DNA of 64,000 nucleotides from a virus: IMG/VR virus record IMGVR_UViG_3300037189_026210, positions 7,165 to 71,164 of that record; one strand, 5' to 3'. Shown piece by piece: positions 1 to 9,500 of this stretch (position 1 is its first letter; each line of letters starts with the position of its first letter). The notes under the pieces were generated by a model. It saw only the letters and a program-made list of their open reading frames with translations, ran no database searches and was not told where the DNA came from. The position numbers and the translations under genes were made by a program.

Positions 1-283
1 TAAATACAAAACTTACACTAAAATCATTCATTTCTGTGTCAAATGATCTAATTGCTTCATTACCTAAATCTAAAACTCGCTTTCTAATTCTTGACATCTT
101 TTCTTCATCAAATGTATCCGCATTATCAATTACATAATGATATTCATATGGTATTTCTGATTTAATTTTTTTTAAATATTGATCATGTTCAAATTTTAAA
201 TCTTCAATAAGCATTAAGTATTGCTTAAAAAGTTGACTTGTTGATTTTGATGATTTTTTTGCTAAAGATTCTTTTGCGTTCAT
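1..283 (-). CDS. hypothetical protein, partial (runs off window start)
   Basis: ATG at 283 on minus strand, open frame MNAKESLAKKSSKSTSQLFKQYLMLIEDLKFEHDQY...FSVSFVF to position 1 with no stop; not in ORF track. Confidence 0.7.
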   Translation of the reverse strand, partial: MNAKESLAKKSSKSTSQLFKQYLMLIEDLKFEHDQYLKKIKSEIPYEYHYVIDNADTFDEEKMSRIRKRVLDLGNEAIRSFDTEMNDFSVSFVF

Positions 284-314
284 ACCTTGTACCTATTTTA
301 TAATAAAATTAAAA

Positions 315-320
315 GTGTAA
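315..320 (+). promoter_or_regulatory. GTGTAA motif, putative phage promoter 8 nt upstream of ATG 329
   Basis: GTGTAA-ATATAAAT-ATG; same motif and spacing recur before several genes. Confidence 0.55.
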
Positions 321-328
321 ATATAAAT

Positions 329-775
329 ATGTCAGGCTTTTTAACGGAAAATCAAAAAGATAATATTAAAGATATTATCGATAGAATTCATGATACTTTT
401 GCTAGGCAAATTACTGTTTATAAATTTGGACAAAAAGTCGCTATTGCAACAACTAATCAATACAATGCATTATACAAAACAAATGCAACTGCTAATCGTC
501 AGCAGTTAACTCAAATTTCCAGAAATATAATGGCAAGAATTAAATATGAAAAATTTGATCAAACAAACTTTTATCAAGAAAAATCTCAAGAAAAAATTGT
601 CATTCCAGAAGGTGCAGTTTACATAAAGGTTAATGAAGTAGACTACAATTATATTAAAGATGCTAAAACTATAGAATTAGATGGAAAAACTTTTGCCATT
701 AGAAGTCCTGGAAAACCTGAAGGGATGTTCGGGCCTCAGTATTATCAATTTTTATTAATACCTCTTGAGAATTAA
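329..775 (+). CDS. putative head-closure/neck protein
   Basis: ORF track 287..775, likelier start ATG 329 (MSGFLTENQK); beta-rich, first gene of tail operon; function inferred from position only. Confidence 0.45.
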   Translation: MSGFLTENQKDNIKDIIDRIHDTFARQITVYKFGQKVAIATTNQYNALYKTNATANRQQLTQISRNIMARIKYEKFDQTNFYQEKSQEKIVIPEGAVYIKVNEVDYNYIKDAKTIELDGKTFAIRSPGKPEGMFGPQYYQFLLIPLEN

Positions 776-777
776 CA

Positions 778-1431
778 ATGAATGAAATTAAAATTAATTC
801 TGCTTTAAGAAAAAAAATAAAAACTATTGCAATTAAAGAAGTCAAACAAAGAAAAAATAAAGACGTTCAGCAAATTGCACAGAAAGTGAAAGATGAAATG
901 ATAGCTGAGTTTTTAAAACATCCAGTTACAAAAGAGTTATTAGAAAAAAATACAGCTCAAAATTATAGTCAAACTTTAGTTGGATATGGAAATTTATATT
1001 CATTCATAGGCTTTGATTATCCAGAAGATCCAATAGTTCCAATTTTAGAAGTTTTAAATGCGACTAAAATAGATTTAAGATTTAATGGAAATAATCTTTT
1101 TTTATATGTTAAAATACCAACTCCAGAAGATATCTGGGCGGTAACGCCAATGCCTTGGGCAGATGGAAGAAGTTGGGCAAAAGGTATTGAATCTGGTATT
1201 TCTGGATTAAATTTTTACTTATCAATTCAAAAAGCTGGAATGAAAGCATTAAGAGCTTTCGAGGATTCTAGGTCTGGAGCTGCAATTCAGTCAAGCAAAA
1301 CAATATCTCCATCTGCAAGATATAATCCAACTCAGTATATAAGCACTTTATTAAAAAAATATAAAACAAAATTCTCTTCAATAGGAAAGAAGAGTAAAAA
1401 CATATTTACAGAAGTAACGCCATTAGAATAA
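778..1431 (+). CDS. putative neck/tail completion protein
   Basis: 217-aa basic ORF in the slot before the tail terminator and tube; positional inference. Confidence 0.4.
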   Translation: MNEIKINSALRKKIKTIAIKEVKQRKNKDVQQIAQKVKDEMIAEFLKHPVTKELLEKNTAQNYSQTLVGYGNLYSFIGFDYPEDPIVPILEVLNATKIDLRFNGNNLFLYVKIPTPEDIWAVTPMPWADGRSWAKGIESGISGLNFYLSIQKAGMKALRAFEDSRSGAAIQSSKTISPSARYNPTQYISTLLKKYKTKFSSIGKKSKNIFTEVTPLE

Positions 1432-2273
1432 TGAAACCTCAATTCCAACATAAACTCGCGACATCTTACTTGCTTTGGTTTGAGAATTTCTTCATGAAGA
1501 AATCAGAAGCTTATTCAATAAAAACTGGGATATTTACTCATTTTGTAGATGATAGATTGCCAGTTGAGTATGAAAGTTTTGGTAGTCAATATAAGCAAAT
1601 GGTTTACGACTCTTCTTTGCCGAATATTTATATACCTTCTGGTATATATGTTGACAATAGCTTTGTAGCTTTTGAAAGAGATAAGTATATGCTTGATTTT
1701 GATAATGGTAGATTTATCGCAAGCGGAGTCTCAAGTGGGAGTGCTGTTACAGGGCAATTTACAGTCAAAGATATAAACTTTTACTATACAAACGACACGG
1801 AAGAAAATATTGTTTTAAATGTACAAGAAAAAATAAACCAGAGCGTTTCGAATGTTCATTTAGATTACTATCAACCTTACGAGCAAAAAATTCCAGCAAT
1901 TTACATGTCAAATGATAGCATGAAAAACAAACCCTTTGCATTTGGCGGCATGAATGAAACTTTAACAAAAGCGAGGGCAACTATTATCGCAAACAATAGT
2001 TACGAATTAGATACTGCGTTGTCTATTTTTGCAGATTCATATAATGAGAATATTTCATTAGTTGAATTCGAAGCTCATCCATTCAATGAATATTCTAGTT
2101 TAAAAACTGGATATTATTCTTACGAAGATATAAAATCTACATATCCAAAAGAAATTTTTGTAAAAGAAGTTTATACGTCTAAACTTTCGGATAAATTAAA
2201 ACAAAATTTATTGAAAGATTTATATATCGGCTTTATAGATTTTGACTTATCTATTTTCAGATATAGATCTTAA
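1431..2273 (+). CDS. putative tail terminator/completion protein
   Basis: 280 aa, TAATG coupled; IPAIYMS segment and C-terminal GFIDFDL strand typical of terminators; immediately upstream of tube gene. Confidence 0.5.
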   Translation: MKPQFQHKLATSYLLWFENFFMKKSEAYSIKTGIFTHFVDDRLPVEYESFGSQYKQMVYDSSLPNIYIPSGIYVDNSFVAFERDKYMLDFDNGRFIASGVSSGSAVTGQFTVKDINFYYTNDTEENIVLNVQEKINQSVSNVHLDYYQPYEQKIPAIYMSNDSMKNKPFAFGGMNETLTKARATIIANNSYELDTALSIFADSYNENISLVEFEAHPFNEYSSLKTGYYSYEDIKSTYPKEIFVKEVYTSKLSDKLKQNLLKDLYIGFIDFDLSIFRYRS

Positions 2274-2328
2274 TTTTTCACATTTAAAATAGTAAACTGT
2301 AAAACCTAACAAATAAATTTTTAATATT

Positions 2329-3507
2329 ATGTCACGTAATCGCGTAATTTATCAAAGTGAAGCTCTATATGTCAGCAAACATATTAATTCCACTGGTAGT
2401 GGAGAGCATGCTCAATTAAGAAGAGTTCAAAGTGCAAATTATAATTTCAGCATTGAACGTCAAGATGTTAACCAATTTGGTCAATTAGCACGTATTGACG
2501 CATTGGTTCTTAAATCTCCTACCGTTTCTTTAGATTTTACATATTATCCAACTGATGGATATAATGAAAAAGCGCTAGGATTTTATGTTCAAAACCTAGC
2601 CAGAGGGGATGCTCCAGAAGCAAACTTTGCTTCTGGTCAAATGGCTGGATCAAGTGGACAAAATTTTTATATCGTTACTGCAGAAGAGGGTTCTGATTTA
2701 AATACTCTTACTGGAGAGTATGCACTTTCTGGAAAAAATACTATTGCAATCGGAAACGGTTACTTGAGCAATTATACATTTAATGCAAGCGTAGGAAATC
2801 TTCCAACTGCCTCCGTTACAATTGAAGGTTTAAATATTAAATCTTCAGTAATACTTGGAACAACTGGCAATGGAGATTCTGGAAATTTCGTACTTTCCCC
2901 AACAATTAATCCTATTTCTGGATCTGAAATAGCTCTCACTGGTAGAATTCCGAGTCCAGAAGAAACAACTGGAAAAAATGGAACTGCTTATATTGCTGCA
3001 TTACGTCCAGGTGATATCACTTTAAGTTTTGGCGATTATACTCTAGGCAGTGTCGCAACTGGCGCTCCAATCTCAACTCTTGATGGAGAAAATGGAATTA
3101 ATATTCAAAGCGTATCAATTGCGCTTCCATTAAGCCGCACTCCAATTGAAAGATTGGGTTCTAGATTTGCATTTGCTAGGGTCGTTGACTTTCCAATCGT
3201 CTCCACATTAAATGTGAGTGCGGTGTTAAATGAAGTTCAAGCTAAAAGTGTAGCTCAAATGTTAGATGATAATAAAAAGAGGGATATTACGTTAACGATT
3301 AATAAGAACTCTAGTGAAAAGGCTCTCATCTTTAAATTTAAAGGTTCGCAATTACAGAGCGAGTCGTTTTCATCAAGCATCGGCGCAAATAAAACTGTTG
3401 ATCTTGTCTTTCAAACTCAAGTCGGTGGTCCGACAGATACAAAAAATGGTATTTATTTGTCTGGAACTTATACAGATACGTTAGCTGGAAAATGGGGTTT
3501 AGCGTAA
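2329..3507 (+). CDS. major tail tube protein (two tandem tube-like domains)
   Basis: 392 aa, G/S/T-rich beta protein, followed by strong terminator and then TMP; internal repeat RVQSANYNFSIERQDV / NIQSVSIALPLSRTPI. Confidence 0.75.
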   Translation: MSRNRVIYQSEALYVSKHINSTGSGEHAQLRRVQSANYNFSIERQDVNQFGQLARIDALVLKSPTVSLDFTYYPTDGYNEKALGFYVQNLARGDAPEANFASGQMAGSSGQNFYIVTAEEGSDLNTLTGEYALSGKNTIAIGNGYLSNYTFNASVGNLPTASVTIEGLNIKSSVILGTTGNGDSGNFVLSPTINPISGSEIALTGRIPSPEETTGKNGTAYIAALRPGDITLSFGDYTLGSVATGAPISTLDGENGINIQSVSIALPLSRTPIERLGSRFAFARVVDFPIVSTLNVSAVLNEVQAKSVAQMLDDNKKRDITLTINKNSSEKALIFKFKGSQLQSESFSSSIGANKTVDLVFQTQVGGPTDTKNGIYLSGTYTDTLAGKWGLA

Positions 3508-3527
3508 ATAGTTACTACTTTAATTAT

Positions 3528-3561
3528 AAAAAAACCCGCCTTCAAAAGAGGCGGGTTTTTT
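3528..3561 (+). terminator. intrinsic terminator (potentially bidirectional)
   Basis: A-tract AACCCGCCT-TCAAAAG-AGGCGGGTT T-tract after tube gene. Confidence 0.85.
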
Positions 3562-3568
3562 ATTTATT

Positions 3569-3574
3569 GTGTAA
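3569..3574 (+). promoter_or_regulatory. GTGTAA motif upstream of TMP
   Basis: motif just after terminator, 20 nt before ATG 3595, with AAGGA SD-like sequence in between. Confidence 0.5.
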
Positions 3575-3594
3575 CTAATATAAAGGATTAAGGA

Positions 3595-6500
3595 ATGGCA
3601 GAAGATATTCGTTTATCAGTAGGAGCGGACACAACGCAAATGGAATCGCAGATAGCTAACGCTGCGCGTAAGGCTACTGTCGTAATTAGACCAACTATTG
3701 ATTCAAAAGGTCTTGAAAAGATTAGCGCTCCACTTGGTAGAATTACTGGTCAAGCAGACGAATTCTCAAAATCGATGGAAGCTGCAAACGCTCGCGTACT
3801 TGCGTTCGGCGCATCTGTTGGAGTATTAAATGCTGTAGCAAAAAGTTTTCAGAATATAGTTACTGCTAGTACTCAAGTTGAAGCTTCACTTAAAGAAATT
3901 CAAGTAGCCACTGGAGAAACAAGCGGTAATTTAGAAAAGCTTGGAAAGGGAATATTTGAAGTCGCAAGATCTACTGGGCTATCTTTTAAACAAGCATCTG
4001 AAGCTACGTTAGAATTTGCTCGTCAAGGTGGAACTTTAGAAGATTCCTTGATGAAGGCAAAGGCGGCACTAGTATTGACAAGAACTACTGGCTTGGATGC
4101 AGCAGAGGCAGTAAAGGGTCTTACAGCTGCTGTATTGTCATTTAATCAAGTTGGTTTAGATTACGAAACTGTCGTAAATAAACTTGCTGCAGTTGATACT
4201 AAGTTTGCAGTTAGTTCTAGAGATTTGATTGAAGGCATTTCTCGTTCAGCTTCTGTTGCCCAAGAAGCTGGAGTTTCGTTTGATGAATTAACAGCTTTAA
4301 TTACAACATTGCAAGAAAAAACTGCGCGTGGTGGAGCTGTAATTGGTAACGCTTTAAAAACAATTTTCCAAAGAGTTCAGACTACCGAAAATCTTGATTA
4401 TATTAGAAATTTAGGCATCGCAGTAAATGATGTTAGTGGTGACATTCTTCCTGCTACTACAATCATTAAAAAACTTGCAGATGAATTTCAAAATTTAGAT
4501 TCAGCAACAAGAAAAGGTCTTTTGATAAAGATTGGTGGTGGTTTTCAAATTGATAAATTAGCTGCACTTCTTAATGATATATCAAATGCTAATGGCACAT
4601 TCAATAGAAGTTTAGAGCAATCATCTAACGCTGGAAATCAAGGTTTTAAAAAGTTAGATGAACTAAATAAAACAGTTCAAGCTTCATTTGATAGGCTGAC
4701 AACTTCTGGAACTCAGTTTGCCGCAACCATTGGTAAGGTTGCTTTTTCAGATGATTTTAGATCTATTTTAAATAAGACCTCTTCTTTTCTCGAATCTTTA
4801 AATGAAAGTATTTCTGGTGGAGAAGAAGGTGGCGCAACAATCGGGAAGGCGATTATTAAAGGAGTAGGTGCAGTTATCACAGGTCCAGGTGCTCTTTTAA
4901 TTGCTGGTCTTGGTATTAAACTTTTTGGTGATCTTGCTAAATTTGGAGTTGACAGTTTAAAGAATCAACTCGGCGTAACTAATGTTAAAAAAGAACAACA
5001 AGATATAGAAAAATCCATACTGGGTTTATTGCTTCAAAATACAGCAGTTCAAAGTAAAATTGTTTCTCTGGAAGGCAATAAAACCGCACAAGCTGAATAT
5101 CTTTTAGGTTTATATTCTAAACAAGCTGCAACCTTGGAAAAAATGTCCAAACTAAGTAAGGACATTGGGCCATCAGTTTATCAGGGTGGAATTAGATTAA
5201 CTGAGGAAGGCACAAAAAACGTTAAATCAAAAACTGCTGCTGGTGGCTACATGTCTAAAGATGCTGCCAGAAAAATGGAAATGCAAGAAGCTCCCGCTGG
5301 CGCTTCCATAAGAGAAATTTCTAATTTTAATTTTGGCCCAACAGAGGGCAGAGGAACGATGATTGTTAACTCAATGGAGTCAGTACATAAGACTCCAATG
5401 GGAGATTTTGTTATTCCATCTTACTCTAAAACTAGAACTGGAAAGCCAACTTTATTTTCGGCTTCTGGATATGTGCCAAATTTTGCGGAAGAAAAGCAAA
5501 AAGAAAATCTATTAAAAAATTTAAACATTGATGGCGGTGCTTATTCATTCGCTGGATTAACTATAGGCGGAACTGGCTCTAAGGCTGTTAGAGCAAAAGA
5601 AGTAACTCCACAAGTTCTTTCGCAAATCAAAGACCCAGTTTTATCAGAAGCGTTATCTAAGTATAGCAAACTTAATTTTTCAAACGTAAATGTCGGAAAC
5701 ATTTACAGAAGGCGTGACGAGAATTTAGATTCTCTTGAAGCAAGCGAACAGGACATCAAAAATCATTTTGTCAAAAAGGCAAACGACGCTTTAAGTCCCC
5801 AAATAGGAACTTTCATAAAAGATGAACTAAGTTCATTGGGTATAAAGCCAACTGCAACAATGCAGTTGATGATGAACAGGGGCAAAAAATTTGATTTAGT
5901 TAATGACAGCATGGCGGGAACATTTTTCGAGACGATGCTCAAAATGGCAAACATGTCTGCTGAAGATGAAAATTTTGGTCAGTTTTTCAACGACTCAAAT
6001 AGTAGATTCGATATTTATGGATTAAAGCCAGACATTGCAGAGCAATATGGATTGCCTAAAAAGTTTTGGGAATATGTTGAAATTAAATCTTCCGAAAAAG
6101 CTTTAAATGACGAGTTGGGTACAAAATTTATACAGCAGCTTTCTCAGTCTGGAGGTGAATCTTTAAAGTCTAAATTTTTAGCTCAAGCAAAAACTGGAGC
6201 TGGAGGATATGTGCCAAATTTTGCAAAAGAAAAAATTTCTGCCCTTAAAAAGGGGGGCAAAGGTGGTGGCAATTTAGGATTTTATTATGATGATGGAGCT
6301 AAAGAATCTGATGATTATTTAGAATCTGGAAACGTAACAATAAAAAGAAAAAAGAATAATAAAAATGCAATTGCGTATAGGAGCGATGCAAAGGAATTAA
6401 TTAATGACGCGAGAAAAATAGGCAGTTATTCAAACATTAAAAATACTTATGGATCTTATTTAAGCCCTAAATTTGAATATGATAAAATTTTAGATCCCAA

Positions 6501-9500
6501 CACAAAAGAAAGTTCTTTGGGTGGTTTAATTAGCAATTTACAGGGAGCGATTGCAGAAAAGGAATTTAAGGATCAATTTGCCGCTTATGTAAAAGTAGAA
6601 GATTTTAATGCTGGAATCGATTTTCATGATAGCAATAAAAAAAGATTAGTAGAAATAAAAGCAAGAAGAGCTGCTCTGGGACAAAAAGAAGCCAATAACA
6701 AAGTTTTAGCTTTTTTAGGCTCTGAAGAAAAAGGACAAAGAAAAAATAATCAATCTGAAAATTTAGATTCTTTATTGAAAGATATTGATTTTACAGTTTA
6801 TGAATCTAATTATGATTTAAAAACAGCAGCAAAAGGTTATGTTCCCAATTTTGCGGGAACTACTAATTTTGAAGGTTCCGCATCTAGATACGGTTATAAA
6901 ATCGGTCAAGTTTACAATAAAGGCGAAGAAGCAATTAAGGCCACATTTAATAATCCAACTACAGCTTTTAGTGGAACTGTAACTGGTAAAGAATCTTACG
7001 GGCGTAAATATGGAGTCACTGTTGATGAAAAAGGAATTATCGCTTCAATTTTAGGAAATAATACTTTTGTTGCTGGAAAGGATCAAAGAAGAGTGTTAGA
7101 AAGTTTGGCCACCAGATTAAGTTCGCAAGGAGCAATGGTAAAAGGATCTGGATTTAATATAGCTGGTCTTCAAGGAGGAAGACTAGCAACGAATCCAGAT
7201 CAAGTAATAACTGCTAACATAAAAGGAAAATTTAAAAAAATTGATTATGAAAAACTTGATAAAATATTCCCCCGATTCTGGAAATCAAAAGGTTTAGGAG
7301 ATGTCTGGGAAAAGACTAAACTCGCTGCTACGTACAAAGCCTCTCCAACCAGTTATTCTGAAATTATAAAAGATCGCCCAGATTTGCAAGAAACTTTAAG
7401 TTCTTCAAGCTTGCTTAGACAAAATAACACATTGCTGAGAGATGCTGCAGTAGAAGCTGTTTTAAAAAGAGATCCAAGTGTTGCTGGATTTTTAGTTGAT
7501 ATAGCTAATAGCGGTGATGAAGCTTTTTTAAAGCAACAGGGGTATGGCGGCGCAGGTATTAAATATGCAATGCCGTTTTCTGGTAAGCCTTTTTCAGATA
7601 TTGAAAATAAAGCCGTAAAAGAAGAAGAATACAAGTTAAGAAAAGAATATCAACAAAAAGGTGTATTCTACGGAGATTTCTTGGCTGAGAAAGAGAAATA
7701 TTTAAAGTTTGGAAAGAATTGGAAATATGCTTCTGGAAGAAAATTCTTGCAACCAGATGGAGCTAAAACTGCAGCAAAAGGTTATGTTCCAAATTTTGCA
7801 AGTGGAGATGTTGATGGTGATGGAATAGTAACTAGAAACGATCCATTTATAAAAAAATTAATGGATAGTGCGAAGAAATTCTCTCCAGTTGGAAAAGAAT
7901 TGGCAAATAATATCATTGGCAACTTATTAAATTTACCTGAAGGTATAGACGTATTTGAAATAATTGAAAAATTAAAATTTGCAATGAAGGCTCAAGAGCC
8001 GTTTTCTGAATTGAACAGAATTAAAGAGCAGGCAGAATTTGCAAGAAAATATCCTAAAAAAGCTGCAAGAATAAAAGAATATTTAGAAGCTGAAGAGGCG
8101 AGAAAAAGAAATAGAACTGCTGCCAAAGGTTATATTCCAAATTTTTCAAGAGAAGCTATTTTAGATGCTATAGGTCGCGAACAAAATGAATCTGGTTTGC
8201 CATTATCTGCAATTAAGGTAGTGCAAGACTCTCGCGTGCGTGGGCCTAGGAATCCCAATGGCTATGCAGTAATAAATAATCGTGATGAGCCAGATGGTAG
8301 AGTTCCAAACTTTGCTGTTCCATCTGGCGATTTAGACCCAACTGCGGCTATAGAAGAATCTCTAAAGGGATTAAAAAATAGCTCATTAAGTCTTAATGAC
8401 GCCTTTAAGAGAATTGCTGAAAATCTTAACGTAAGCGGAGAAAAGGTGGCTCAAGTTTTTGACAAGATGAATTTGAGCGGAAGTGATGTCACAAGCACTA
8501 ATCAAACAGCCGCAGCAAATTCAGCTCAAAATACTAAACAGGAAACTAAAGAAGCTCAAAATAAAAAAACTACAAACGAAAAACAAAATAAAACAGTACA
8601 AGATTCTTTATACACTTTAATTAAGTGGCAAAGTGCAGTTTCTTTGGCGAGTGGAGTTATAAGTTCTTTTGGAGAGAATGGTAAAGTAGCTGCTGAAGTT
8701 TTAACTGAACTTTCTTCTATTGGTTTATTATTTACGCAAGGCAAGGAAGTATTAGAGGGGTTTACGAAAGATAGAAGTTCTGGAGCTGGAAAAGCTTTGA
8801 GGCTTGGCGGTGCTGGTAGGGACGGAGCTGCTTCACTTTCATCTTCATTATCAATAGCTGGAAACTTTGGAAGAGTTGCTAATACTGCTGGTGTTGGTGT
8901 TGGCGGGGCAATTGGAGGTATTGCAGCAGGTTTAGCTGGTCCAGCAGCTGCAATTTATGCAACATATAAAATTATTGACATGGGAAATACCATATATAAA
9001 AAATATGGAGAAACTGCGGATAGAACTGCTGATGCCCTTGGAAGATTAAATGATATACAAAAAACCTACACTTTAAATTTAACTGAAGAACAAAAAGCCA
9101 AATCTGAATCTTTTGTTAAAAGAGTTGGAACTTTTGAAGCTGCAACAGCTTTTGATAGGGCGTTTAATTTTCAAAATTTAAATCCTTTAGATAAAACTAC
9201 ACAAACAAAAAATGCGCTTCAGTCTTTGGGTTTAGAGGGATCTGTAAATACAGGTATTCTTTCTGGTTTAACTCAAATTGTACAGCCTGAAGCAGAAAGA
9301 GAGTTTACAACAGAAAGAAAAAAGGGCAATAAACAAATTACGCAAACTAAAATAATAGATAGAATGGTTGCTGAAAAAATAAATCAAATTGCAGAAGAAT
9401 CAAAAACAAATTTTACAAATTCAAAAGAATTAGAAGATTACAGAAGGAATCCTAAAACTGCAGCTTTTGATATTGTTTCTTTAATAAATCCGCAACTAGA

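Noticed and set aside
5458-8148. GYVPNFA DNA repeats as CRISPR or attC-like array
   Set aside because: Spacing is 300-900 bp, all in frame, differences mostly synonymous, no palindromic structure; the constraint is mainly on the peptide
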